48,855 nt of DNA from positions 1 to 48,855 of the IMG/VR virus record IMGVR_UViG_3300047388_000092; one strand, given 5' to 3'. Origin of the DNA: a virus. Both the position numbers and the translations under genes were made by a program. The notes under the pieces are model-generated. The model searched no databases. It had not been told where the DNA came from and saw nothing but the letters and a program-made list of their open reading frames with translations. Shown one piece after another: positions 32,966 to 41,462 of the stretch (position 1 is its first letter; the number at the start of each line of letters is the position of its first letter).

Positions 32966-33303
32966 ATTTCAAGTTCAATTAGAAGTTTAGCAACGTCAAT
33001 TGTTCTTCCTTTCTTTTGACTCTCTTTAACAGGCGTGCCGTCTGTGAAGGAGACAACGGCATCTTGTTGCTCTGGATTAAACCAATCAAAATGTCCTTGA
33101 CAGATTTCGCCTCGTTCGTTCTCAAGGTAACAGAGAATTCCATTGGTGGCAAGAACGAAACCTCTAAGGTTCGGCAGGCCATTGATGGAACCAAGGCAGG
33201 GCTTGGTGAGTCGCCAGTTGTCGAATTGGCGATGTTGGAGCTTGTGCGCGAGGAAGAATTCGTGCACGGAGTGGTATGGATTTTGTCCAAGTTGGATTTG
33301 CAT
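32962..33303 (-). CDS. Hypothetical protein
   Basis: 113 aa, preceded by a 146-nt non-coding spacer. Confidence 0.5.
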   Translation of the reverse strand: MQIQLGQNPYHSVHEFFLAHKLQHRQFDNWRLTKPCLGSINGLPNLRGFVLATNGILCYLENERGEICQGHFDWFNPEQQDAVVSFTDGTPVKESQKKGRTIDVAKLLIELEI

Positions 33304-33340
33304 GTCATGCTATTTCTTTCTAGTTTGGCCACCAAGGATA

Positions 33341-33368
33341 AGCTCGCAAGCTGATTAGCTCGCCAGCT
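33341..33368. promoter_or_regulatory. Two tandem 12-mers AGCTCGCAAGCT / AGCTCGCCAGCT, 16-nt period (operator-like)
   Basis: They differ at one base, and each is bounded by AGCT...AGCT. They sit in the 33304-33449 spacer upstream of 32962..33303. Confidence 0.35.
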
Positions 33369-33449
33369 TTCCACCACTATAAACGAAAAGCGGACCAGAA
33401 GCAAGCAAGCTTTTCTGCTTTGGAGCTTTCCTTAGTTGGCTTTGTTTGC

Positions 33450-33656
33450 TTAAAGATTGATATAGTTCGCATCTTGCCCACCTTCCGGAACACAAAGAGT
33501 CAACTTAATCTCTCTAGTTCCAACTGGAAGATGTCGACGATCGACATAGATACTCGATGCGATTCCAAACTCATCCTGCGACGAGAGGACCGGCTCAAAC
33601 ACTACTAAGTGCTTGCAGTCTTTTTTGAATTTGAAAGTTTGAGTTATTTGTTTCAT
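33450..33656 (-). CDS. Hypothetical protein
   Basis: ATG-initiated 68-aa part of track ORF 33450..33785. ATGA overlap with the upstream gene. Confidence 0.4.
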   Translation of the reverse strand: MKQITQTFKFKKDCKHLVVFEPVLSSQDEFGIASSIYVDRRHLPVGTREIKLTLCVPEGGQDANYINL

Positions 33657-33973
33657 GCTAACTCCATCATTGATGCAACCAAGTTCGCGATTGGAACCCT
33701 GCTCGCCCTTGGCTTGCGTTTGTTGTTGTTTTGCTTTGTTCCCCCATCCGCTCGACGCGGAAGATGACGCCCGGTTTCCTCCCAATGGATTTGGTCGAGT
33801 TCATCGAAGTATTTGACTCGAAGAGCTTTCCAATGGTCGGATGCGGGTGAGAAGTAGCCGTGGCCCCCGAAGGTCGCTAAGCCATCTAACACACCAGCCA
33901 AGGCCGAGTTGCCTGTTGAGGCAACTGGACCTTGGAGATGCTGGCTATGAGTGATTTGCCAGATTTTGTTCAT
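33653..33973 (-). CDS. Hypothetical protein
   Basis: 106 aa. ATGA overlap with the upstream gene. Confidence 0.45.
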   Translation of the reverse strand: MNKIWQITHSQHLQGPVASTGNSALAGVLDGLATFGGHGYFSPASDHWKALRVKYFDELDQIHWEETGRHLPRRADGGTKQNNNKRKPRASRVPIANLVASMMELA

Positions 33974-34155
33974 GCTTCGGAAATGATTGCGTCTGGGAAA
34001 ATTGTATGCACATGTTTGATTTTACGTTCAGCTTCGTTCAAATCCATGTGCCACGCGGTTTTCCTATTTGGGGTGAATTCGTAATTACTACCGTCGAAAG
34101 AGTCTAAGTAAAACTCCTCGTCGAGACTTAACTGAATTAGGAACTTTGAATTCAT
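33970..34155 (-). CDS. Hypothetical protein
   Basis: 61-aa ORF. Confidence 0.45.
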   Translation of the reverse strand: MNSKFLIQLSLDEEFYLDSFDGSNYEFTPNRKTAWHMDLNEAERKIKHVHTIFPDAIISEA

Positions 34156-34189
34156 AACTATGCTAACCTTTCTTTTAATTGTTCAACTC

Positions 34190-34351
34190 TCATGCTAACT
34201 CAACCAAACTGGCCCTTTTTCTGGCCTGCCTCAATATATCACAAATCAAGCCACATGCAAGCATTAGTTGGCCTTTGTGAGCGATTGTTGGCTCCGAGGC
34301 CCAAGCTGGCCGCGCTCCCAAACAATCCCCAACTCTCCCAAACCTTGGCAT
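34190..34351 (-). CDS. Small hypothetical protein
   Basis: 53 aa from ATG 34351, 19 nt downstream of motif copy 8. The longer track ORF merely translates the motif (KTNSIIEIV). Confidence 0.3.
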   Translation of the reverse strand: MPRFGRVGDCLGARPAWASEPTIAHKGQLMLACGLICDILRQARKRASLVELA

Positions 34352-34370
34352 GAGTCTTGCTTCCCTGAAA

Positions 34371-34393
34371 ACAATTTCAATGATTGAATTTGT
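34371..34393 (-). repeat. Start-associated palindromic motif, copy 8 (minus strand: ACAAATTCAA TCA TTGAAATTGT)
   Basis: Lies in the spacer between the HNH gene stop (34436) and the ATG at 34351. Confidence 0.9.
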
Positions 34394-34435
34394 TTTGCTA
34401 GAGCTGAATGACAATCCATGCGGTGATCTTGGCGA

Positions 34436-34921
34436 TTAGTTGTGAGGCTTAATAATCTCTATCCTTGGTTCAAGCGAAACTTGAACTGGCTCTTGGGCGC
34501 TAGGTTGTCTCGCTTCGCTCGCGGTGATTTCTTGTTTAACTCCATTGATGTAACAAAATTGGACTTTTGGTTTCTTTGACCAATTATCTTGCCAATCTTT
34601 TACATTCTCTCCTTGAGTTCCTGCGTAAATATGGCTTGGGTTCACGCATCTAATATCATCACAAGTGTGACAGTGCCAATATGGATGTTTAATCTTTCCT
34701 TTGTATATTGTGAACAAAAGATTAGCGACTTTCCAAAACTTGCCACGAAAGGTTGTTGTTGGATAATGGTTTCTTTCCATCGATGGTTTGTAATACCAGC
34801 AACCATTTTCTTGAACTTCAAGCTTATTTCTTAACTTCATTCCTTCCTCTAATGTTGGTTCAATCTTTTCATTCCACTCTATCCTATTTGTTTGATCTGG
34901 TATTTGTTCTTCATTTCTCAT
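34436..34921 (-). CDS. HNH homing-type endonuclease
   Basis: CHTCDDIRCVNPSHIYAGTQGENVKD matches the CxxCDN..C.NP.HL..GT...N pattern of phage HNH_3 endonucleases. Confidence 0.75.
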   Translation of the reverse strand: MRNEEQIPDQTNRIEWNEKIEPTLEEGMKLRNKLEVQENGCWYYKPSMERNHYPTTTFRGKFWKVANLLFTIYKGKIKHPYWHCHTCDDIRCVNPSHIYAGTQGENVKDWQDNWSKKPKVQFCYINGVKQEITASEARQPSAQEPVQVSLEPRIEIIKPHN

Positions 34922-35395
34922 AACTCATTATTTCATTGATTGATTGATCTGGTCGGTTGATTGATGCGTCGAAGCAGCCTGCGAAGGGAGGGAGAATATT
35001 ATGAGACCGGGTTCCATATGTATATGAAAAAAAAAAAATTAACAATAACAAAGGGTTCCACCCTTCTGTTCCTTTTCATTTGTCAAATTAAAATTGTCAT
35101 AAGAATATTCATAAGCTTCTCAGCACCTAAGCTTGACGCATTCATGCACCAACCTTGCATATCTATCTATGAATGTCAATAAGCTTCTAAGCTTGACAAC
35201 TTGGGAGCTGGTTAGCTTGGCTGCTTTCTAGCTTATCCTTTGAAGCCAAGGTTAGCACTTGAGGCACGTTAACGGGTAGCGACGCCTTTGTTCGAGCCGC
35301 GTGCCTGTCATCCAGCTTATAGCGGAACTTAAAATCCTTGGTTGAAGTTGAGCGGAACTAGAAGCCATTTTATAGCGATTAACAAATAGGCCACA

Positions 35396-35438
35396 AAACA
35401 AAAAAGGGGAGTCAGGAGCCACTTGGCTCCCAACTCCC
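35396..35438 (-). terminator. Rho-independent terminator after 35449..35730
   Basis: Minus strand reads GGGAGT-TG-GGAGCC-AAGT-GGCTCC-TG-ACTCCC followed by CTTTTTTGTTTTG. Confidence 0.8.
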
Positions 35439-35448
35439 GCTTTGCTCT

Positions 35449-35730
35449 CTATTGGACGCTGGCCATCAGGTTGGCCGCGAGCGCCGTAGCTTTGGTCTTC
35501 TTCTCGCTGAACTTGGCCTGCTTCCGCGCGGAGCTGTTGCTCCCATACGCGCAGCACTCTTGCATTGCGGCCAAGTCCTTGGGATCAGCCTTTTGGATTT
35601 TCAGCATGGTCGTGGCCGTGATTGCACCACAAACATTCTGGTCCCACTTTGGCTCCGTGATCTCGTTCTTTTCACAGATTTGATCACAAACCGAATCCCA
35701 CAAACCACGAACTGCTTCCTTTGTCATCAT
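35449..35730 (-). CDS. Cys-rich hypothetical protein, monocistronic leftward unit
   Basis: 93 aa from ATGATG at 35730 (MMTKEAVRGLWDSVCDQICEK...). It has its own terminator. Confidence 0.5.
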   Translation of the reverse strand: MMTKEAVRGLWDSVCDQICEKNEITEPKWDQNVCGAITATTMLKIQKADPKDLAAMQECCAYGSNSSARKQAKFSEKKTKATALAANLMASVQ

Positions 35731-36006
35731 AATGCTAACCTTTCTCTCTCCCTCGCAGAGCGGGCGATTGCCCACAATTCCCGCGAGGAAATCGCATGAC
35801 GCAGAAGCTTTTGTCAAAGCGCGGCGAGAGGCATGAATCCCCTCAACCATAGCCCGAAGCGCCCTATCCTGCCTTGCCGACCCTTCCCCTGCCAAAAGGG
35901 GTTCCCTTCCCCAAGGGGGTTCGAGTTGGCCTTTTTTATCTCCTTAACCAGATTTTTCAAATTCAACTTCCACTTGTCATGGAGAAAGGAGAAGCTGGGA
36001 AGCTGG

Positions 36007-36035
36007 TTGACGTTGGACTAGGGCTATGCTATGTT
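36007..36035 (+). promoter_or_regulatory. Sigma-70-like promoter candidate for the late arm
   Basis: TTGACG (36007-36012), 17-nt spacer, TATGTT (36030-36035). Tandem GAAGCTGG boxes lie just upstream. The host is unknown, so this is weak. Confidence 0.2.
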
Positions 36036-36222
36036 GCTTTATGGTTGAAGTGCGGGAGAGCTTGGGAGCGGGTGAGCTGGAGAGCTTGCGCTTGGTTGAG
36101 AAACTAGAGCCAAGTTTTCAAGTTCAACTGAGGGGTGTGGTTAAGGTTTCCTTGGCGAACGAGAGCCAAGGGGAGCTTGGTCCACGCGCGATTCTTGTCA
36201 TGAAGCAAGCGGAGTTGACCCA

Positions 36223-36915
36223 ATGTCCGAAGAAATAACATTGCTTAAAGTGATGAGTGAGGGAAGTTCCCGTGACGGGCGCGCGGCGAATACGCGTCGT
36301 GAGAATCAGGGTGGTTTGGTTAATGGCCGACCAAACCCTCAAGCTTTTGTGAACGACTCGATTAGTCAAAGCTTGGCGGACCAATACATGAGGGACGCAC
36401 AAGCCCTCCATGGCCCAAAAGTTCCAAATCTTGCCATTGACCATGAGAAAGCGGAACATCGGCTGATTCTCATGTATAAACTTCGCGGGGATTCAAACCG
36501 CGAAATCGCCCAAAAAACTGGTTACTCCGAATCTTGGATTAGCCAAGTTACCCGCCAACCTTGGTTTCAGCAAAGGTTGGTTAACTCCCTTGAAGAAGTT
36601 GAAGGTGAAATTCTGGATGAAATCGTCAAAGTCGAAGCAAAGAACTCGGTATTCAAGCTGGTCCAACTTCGAGACACAGCGAAATCAGAGCAAGTCCAAC
36701 TTGGCTCCGCTATTGAACTCCTTAATCGTCACCTTGGAAAGCCTGTGCAAAGAACTGAAACCACTGCTAATGTCTTCCATGTCTCTGCAAAACTTGGAGA
36801 CATTGACAAACAGCTTGCGGAAGTTGAAGCGGAGGAACAAAGGCTTTTGAGAAATGGTTCCACGATTGAGCCGACCCGCGAGGCCGCCGAGGCCGAGTTG
36901 CCAATCCCCCGTTAA
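36223..36915 (+). CDS. Terminase small subunit candidate (HTH protein; a late regulator is an alternative)
   Basis: 230 aa directly upstream of terL. Helix-turn-helix NREIAQKTGYSESWISQVTRQ, and a later AIELLNRHLGKP segment as in small terminases. Confidence 0.5.
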   Translation: MSEEITLLKVMSEGSSRDGRAANTRRENQGGLVNGRPNPQAFVNDSISQSLADQYMRDAQALHGPKVPNLAIDHEKAEHRLILMYKLRGDSNREIAQKTGYSESWISQVTRQPWFQQRLVNSLEEVEGEILDEIVKVEAKNSVFKLVQLRDTAKSEQVQLGSAIELLNRHLGKPVQRTETTANVFHVSAKLGDIDKQLAEVEAEEQRLLRNGSTIEPTREAAEAELPIPR

Positions 36916-36928
36916 TTCTAATGCTAGA

Positions 36929-36951
36929 ACAAATTCAATCGTTGAATATGT
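36929..36951 (+). repeat. Start-associated palindromic motif, copy 9 (ACAAATTCAA TCG TTGAATATGT)
   Basis: The internal ATG (36948-36950) is in frame with terL. Confidence 0.9.
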
Positions 36952-38441
36952 CCCAGGGGGAGATGGCGGCGTTGAAGTTGCGCAAGCTCAGACTAAAGCA
37001 AGCGCGGGTTGAACTTCTCCGTAGATTCGGTCTTCTCTCTTACAAACCACATGCAAAGCAGGACAAATTTCACGCGGCTGGTTCATTTCGTCGTCGTATG
37101 GTCCGCGCCGGGAATCGTTTTGGAAAGAGTCTTATGGGCTGCGCCGAGGACATTTCATGGGCACTTGGTCATCGCCCTTGGTATCCTGATGGTGATGTTC
37201 GGCGCACAGTGGGCATTCCGCAAGGACGGCCGACTAAGGGATTGATAATCACTACCGATTTTGATGTGGTCGATGAGGTCTGGACTTCTCAACGTCGAAC
37301 GCCTCCGGGTAAAATTTGGCAGTTAATCCCGCCAGATTTTGTGAAGCGTGCCGAGCGTAACTCATCTGGAACCATCGACCACCTCTATTGTCAAAATGGT
37401 TCCTCGATCACTTGGAACACTTGTAAAAGCTGGCAGAACGATCCGCAATCTCTCGAATCCACTGACTGGGATTGGATTCATGTTGATGAGCCATGTCCTC
37501 AAGACATGTGGAAAGCCGCTTCACGTGGCCTTATTGACCGTGATGGATACGCTTGGTTCACCCTAACTCCCCTCCGCGAGGTTTGGATCAATGACATGTT
37601 CTTCCCTCGACGTTACAAAGAATCCCCGGACAAAGAAGTTCAGAAAGGAAACAAATGGGCAATTCAGGGAACGATCTATGACAACCCCTACCTATCCAAA
37701 GATGCCATTGCAGAGTATGCCGATTCGCTCACTAATGATGAGAAGCAATGTCGCCTTTTTGGACTCCCTCTTGAACTTTCAGGCCTCATCTACAAAGAAT
37801 TCGACTATGACCGTCACGTCCTTTCTCAGGTGCCCAAGGAGTGGAAGGACTATAATCTTCCGCCGGACAATTATTGCTTATATTACGCAATCGATCCACA
37901 CCCGCAAACTCCCCACGCGGTTCTTTTCTGCGCAGTTTCCCCTTTTGGTCAGAAATTCTTCTGGTCAGAGATTTTTGAACACACGGTGATTTCGAATTTG
38001 TCTCGAATGATTCACAACCGCATTGACCTTCGCAATGTTCGCGTGGCCCTTTGTGACCCCCTTGCTTATATCAAGGACCCAATTACGGACACCACAATTG
38101 CTTCTGAGTTTGAGAAGAATGGCATCTTCTTTGACAAAGCCACCAAGGATTTGTCCACGGGAATCCTCAAGGTCAAAGAAGAACTCACCAAGGAAAACAA
38201 CCTCTACTTCTCCCCTCGACTTGAAGAAACCCTTTGGGAGTTCGAACGCTACATGTGGGACGAGAAGGAGAACAAGCCGATGGACAAGGATGACCATATG
38301 ATGGAAAACCTTTATCGCATTCTCTTGTGCGAGCCTCGTTGGGTTGATCGAGCCGCGATGACAAATATTGCGGTGGACGATGTTGAGGTTGGTAATGAGT
38401 ATCAGGACGACTATTCCTATCTCAACGATCGCAAACTATGA
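36948..38441 (+). CDS. terL: Terminase large subunit
   Basis: Walker A-like RAGNRFGKS and Walker B WIHVDEP. Nuclease-domain acidic motifs are AIDPH and KDDHMMENLYR. The track start at 36921 adds only motif-encoded LEQIQSLN. Confidence 0.85.
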   Translation: MSQGEMAALKLRKLRLKQARVELLRRFGLLSYKPHAKQDKFHAAGSFRRRMVRAGNRFGKSLMGCAEDISWALGHRPWYPDGDVRRTVGIPQGRPTKGLIITTDFDVVDEVWTSQRRTPPGKIWQLIPPDFVKRAERNSSGTIDHLYCQNGSSITWNTCKSWQNDPQSLESTDWDWIHVDEPCPQDMWKAASRGLIDRDGYAWFTLTPLREVWINDMFFPRRYKESPDKEVQKGNKWAIQGTIYDNPYLSKDAIAEYADSLTNDEKQCRLFGLPLELSGLIYKEFDYDRHVLSQVPKEWKDYNLPPDNYCLYYAIDPHPQTPHAVLFCAVSPFGQKFFWSEIFEHTVISNLSRMIHNRIDLRNVRVALCDPLAYIKDPITDTTIASEFEKNGIFFDKATKDLSTGILKVKEELTKENNLYFSPRLEETLWEFERYMWDEKENKPMDKDDHMMENLYRILLCEPRWVDRAAMTNIAVDDVEVGNEYQDDYSYLNDRKL

Positions 38442-38758
38442 GTGCCTATATCTCAACCTCCACAGTTTCCCTTCCTCTCAACAAATGGACAAAGGTCACC
38501 TTGAATCTAGCTGGTGACAACTCGCCGCAAGCTTTTGGTCTAGCGGCCGTTCATGCACAGATAATTTTGGTTCGTGCGGATGATGCTAACACTAAGGATG
38601 TGTATTTTGGTCCAAATTCAAATGCGGACTTTGAACACATTGGACCTGGTGGGACTTATCGAATTGACGCTCCGCATCTCCAAAAGATCAGTCTTGGAGA
38701 CTGGTTTGCTCGATCGAATGATCTAGTTGCGGTCAACCTAACCTTGACATATGTTTAA
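38438..38758 (+). CDS. Hypothetical virion protein
   Basis: 106 aa. ATGA overlap with terL. Confidence 0.5.
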   Translation: MSAYISTSTVSLPLNKWTKVTLNLAGDNSPQAFGLAAVHAQIILVRADDANTKDVYFGPNSNADFEHIGPGGTYRIDAPHLQKISLGDWFARSNDLVAVNLTLTYV

Positions 38759-39209
38759 GAAATTCAATACAATAGTGGCCACCTTGCTTGTCTTGGTGGG
38801 TGTTTCAGTGTTCGTTTATGCGCAGAACTCGCATAATTCAGCAACATATATTCCGCAGAGTTCTGGCTCAATCACCGCGCAGCAACTTCCGCCGAACACC
38901 GCGATGGTGGACGTTCAAAATACTTTCACTCTTGGTTTGGGTTCAAGCTTGAGCAACGGCCTTGCTCCCCAAACAATTACTGGAGGTTCGGCAAGCGCAG
39001 GTGGTTTAAATGGATGGGCGTGGACAAATACTGCGGCGTATAATGTCAATGTTTATGTTGCACCAACTAATGCCCTTGTGAATGCTATAGTTGGCTTGAT
39101 GGGAAGCACTTGCATTATGTCGAACACGACTACAGTTCCATACAATCTTCAACCCGGTGAATGGCTTGGTCTCTCAAATGTGGTCCGAATCGTAGTCAAA
39201 CCCTGGTAA
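38751..39209 (+). CDS. Hypothetical protein with signal-peptide-like N-terminus
   Basis: 152 aa with N-terminus MFKKFNTIVATLLVLVGVSVFVYAQ. Confidence 0.5.
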   Translation: MFKKFNTIVATLLVLVGVSVFVYAQNSHNSATYIPQSSGSITAQQLPPNTAMVDVQNTFTLGLGSSLSNGLAPQTITGGSASAGGLNGWAWTNTAAYNVNVYVAPTNALVNAIVGLMGSTCIMSNTTTVPYNLQPGEWLGLSNVVRIVVKPW

Positions 39210-39212
39210 CAC

Positions 39213-39461
39213 ATGCTCGCTACCGCACCACAATCTCTTGCTCTTGGTCAGCTTGGGTCATTGTTCATCAATGATACGAGTGCACAAACTGGTCGTTGGG
39301 GACGGATTTATTGCATTTCTGCTTGTGGTTTCACTTTGTTAACTTCCTCAACAATGAGTGGAACCTTAAACGCACTAACCCTCGCGGCTGGTATGGAAAT
39401 CCAAGGAATCTTCACCGCGATCACCCTCAACGGTGGCTCGGTCATCGCTTACAACGCATGA
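39213..39461 (+). CDS. Hypothetical protein
   Basis: 82-aa ORF. Confidence 0.45.
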   Translation: MLATAPQSLALGQLGSLFINDTSAQTGRWGRIYCISACGFTLLTSSTMSGTLNALTLAAGMEIQGIFTAITLNGGSVIAYNA

Positions 39462-39607
39462 TTCTTTTCGTGGGTTCAATTGTGGTTATTCGGGCTGGTG
39501 GAGGAGCGGGAAGTGAACCTCCTCCACCACCGACAAATTATCTTCTTGATGAGGATGGTAACCCCATTTTGGACTCCGATGGACATAAAATTGTGGTGCC
39601 TCAATGA
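39458..39607 (+). CDS. Small hypothetical protein (49 aa)
   Basis: ATGA overlaps at both ends. Sequence is MILFVGSIVVIRAGGGAGSEPPPPPTNYLLDEDGNPILDSDGHKIVVPQ. It is the in-frame tail of track ORF 39296..39607. Confidence 0.4.
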   Translation: MILFVGSIVVIRAGGGAGSEPPPPPTNYLLDEDGNPILDSDGHKIVVPQ

Positions 39608-40836
39608 AAAAACTATTTCTTCTTTTCTGGGTTCCCACGGCGTTTGGTGCGGATATTGTGATCACAAATATCCCTCATTCGACTTCGGTGGCTCCTACTG
39701 ACTACGTGCTTGGCTTGACAAATGGCGCGGCCGGAAAAACGCGTCTTATCCCTGTTTCCCAACTTCTAGGAGGTGTTACAAATGGGTTTGTGAAAAAAGC
39801 TGGGGATACAATGACTGGGCCATTAAACATAAACACTATAAACCTTGCAGACGGAAGTTCGTTTATTAGTCTTTCTGGAAAACGTTTTGATGATGGTAAT
39901 GGAAATACTTTACTTGATATCGGGCAGAAGTTATTAAACGATGCGAGTGCAACCACTTCTATTGATTGGCAAAGTCGCACGTTGAAAGACCAAACTGGAG
40001 CAACTGTTTTAGATTGGAATAATGGGATAAGTGGACTAGGACAGCCAACGTTTGGGACTCAATTTACAACGGATGGCACAAAGACTAATTTAGCGAACCT
40101 ATTGTTGCTTACAACAGTTAATGCGACAACCGCAAACTTGACAAGTGTTGTTTTTCAATCTCTATCTCCATCGACAATTTTAGGTTTGAACGGAAGTAAG
40201 CAAGCGATAGGTTTAGTAATTGGTAGCGGACTTTCCTCTGATGGCACGACGTTAACTGCGACAAGTGGCGGCGGCTCTGGTATCGCTACGACGAATGGCT
40301 TTGGCACTAACACGACATTTTACAGCACGGGCGGTAATGCTGCGATCACGACTACAGGCGGAACGTCTAACTATCTAGGCGGGACAACCGTTATAGCAGC
40401 ACTGGTTGGGCAAGGCAGCAACTACGCTTCTTATGCGGTGGGAAACCCCGGCCCCACCCTTGGTAATTCTGGTGTCGCGCTTGTGTGGCCGACGACGACC
40501 CCAACCGTAGTATTGGCCCAAACAGGAACATACGCGCTTCGATCTTGCGTCACGGCGAAATACACGGGAGTCACATATGCCGGGGCGCAAACAATGCAAT
40601 TTTATTTGGTGAAGACAAACGGGGGTGGAACAAGTCCGCTTGGTTCGAGCACTCGAAATATAGAAGTTCCTGTGCTCACGACCTTCACTGGCGGCGACAC
40701 GGTTCCACTGCCGGAGATAATTTACAACGCTACGGCAGGTGATGGCATATCGCTATTTGGTGACGTGAGCGCCACGCCAAGCGCAGGCAGCATCGTAGTC
40801 ACCGATGCTGAAATAATTGCCATTAAGCTTCACTGA
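39604..40836 (+). CDS. Tail fibre protein
   Basis: 410 aa. KKAGDTMTGPLNI is the widespread tail-fibre GDTMTGPL motif. The distal half is Gly/Thr/Ser-rich. The N-terminus MKKLFLLFWVPTAFGA looks like a signal peptide. Confidence 0.6.
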   Translation: MKKLFLLFWVPTAFGADIVITNIPHSTSVAPTDYVLGLTNGAAGKTRLIPVSQLLGGVTNGFVKKAGDTMTGPLNINTINLADGSSFISLSGKRFDDGNGNTLLDIGQKLLNDASATTSIDWQSRTLKDQTGATVLDWNNGISGLGQPTFGTQFTTDGTKTNLANLLLLTTVNATTANLTSVVFQSLSPSTILGLNGSKQAIGLVIGSGLSSDGTTLTATSGGGSGIATTNGFGTNTTFYSTGGNAAITTTGGTSNYLGGTTVIAALVGQGSNYASYAVGNPGPTLGNSGVALVWPTTTPTVVLAQTGTYALRSCVTAKYTGVTYAGAQTMQFYLVKTNGGGTSPLGSSTRNIEVPVLTTFTGGDTVPLPEIIYNATAGDGISLFGDVSATPSAGSIVVTDAEIIAIKLH

Positions 40837-41462
40837 TGAGACGCCGTGAGTCCATAATAAAATCCGTCAAGATCATCACGGGCCTAATCTTCGTGCCGAA
40901 GTTGATTCGTGCTCAGGTTCAACTCAGCAACGCGCAGTTGTCGAATACGCAAGTATTGCCAGTGAGTAGTGGTGGTTCGCCTTGCACAACGCTACGGGAT
41001 ACGTTTGGCACTAGCAGCGGCAACTTGTGGGATAACACGACCTATCTCTATTTTGCGTCGTCGTTCGATGCCTCTGCGTCCTACCCAAATTGCACGCAGA
41101 TATGGAGCTTCAAACGCACGGGCAATCCCCCCGGAACGGTCAAGGGGGCTATTTACGACAACGCTACCGACCGGCCCGGAAGCATCGTGGGGACGGCTGG
41201 CGACACAGTGAACGTCTCAACGATAGGCACGTCTCAGGGCGACATTACGTTGCCAAACATTGCAGCCAGCCTGACGAACGGAACGCACTATTGGGCGATG
41301 GCGATATTCAGTGTGGCGGGCATGGACGCCAGCAACAAGATTGAGGGCTACTACGGATTTGATGGGATTGCGACTCATGAGGATTGGGTATCTACAAACG
41401 GCAGCACATGGGCCAAACTGGAAGGCAGTTCGGGGTTCAAGGGAGCGGCTTATTCAACATGA
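40836..41462 (+). CDS. Hypothetical tail-associated protein
   Basis: 208 aa within the GC-rich segment. The start overlaps the previous stop. Confidence 0.5.
   Translation: MRRRESIIKSVKIITGLIFVPKLIRAQVQLSNAQLSNTQVLPVSSGGSPCTTLRDTFGTSSGNLWDNTTYLYFASSFDASASYPNCTQIWSFKRTGNPPGTVKGAIYDNATDRPGSIVGTAGDTVNVSTIGTSQGDITLPNIAASLTNGTHYWAMAIFSVAGMDASNKIEGYYGFDGIATHEDWVSTNGSTWAKLEGSSGFKGAAYST

Larger units (their letters stand above)
34922..36222. promoter_or_regulatory. Gene-poor divergent control region between the early and late arms (one small gene inside)
   Basis: Holds the repeat families, A12 tract, terminator and promoter-like hexamers itemised in the findings. The only convincing ORF is 35449..35730. 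Confidence 0.6.

Noticed and set aside
34158-35744. 13-mer GAAAGGTTAGCAT found twice on the minus strand just upstream of start codons (34158-34172 and 35731-35744), plus GAGTTAGCATGA at two stop/start overlaps
   Set aside because: For a 48.7-kb sequence roughly 15-20 exact 13-mer repeats are expected by chance. Part of the similarity is explained by two proteins ending in ELA with an ATGA overlap. It is not significant on its own.
35252-36238. Track ORFs in the control region (35252..35557 -, 35423..35683 +, 35452..35799 +, 35833..36021 +, 35874..36107 +, 36026..36238 +)
   Set aside because: They are mutually overlapping and Arg/Gly/Leu-rich, and they span the terminator and repeat arrays. 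Only the ATG-initiated 35449..35730 (-) unit, which has its own terminator, looks real.
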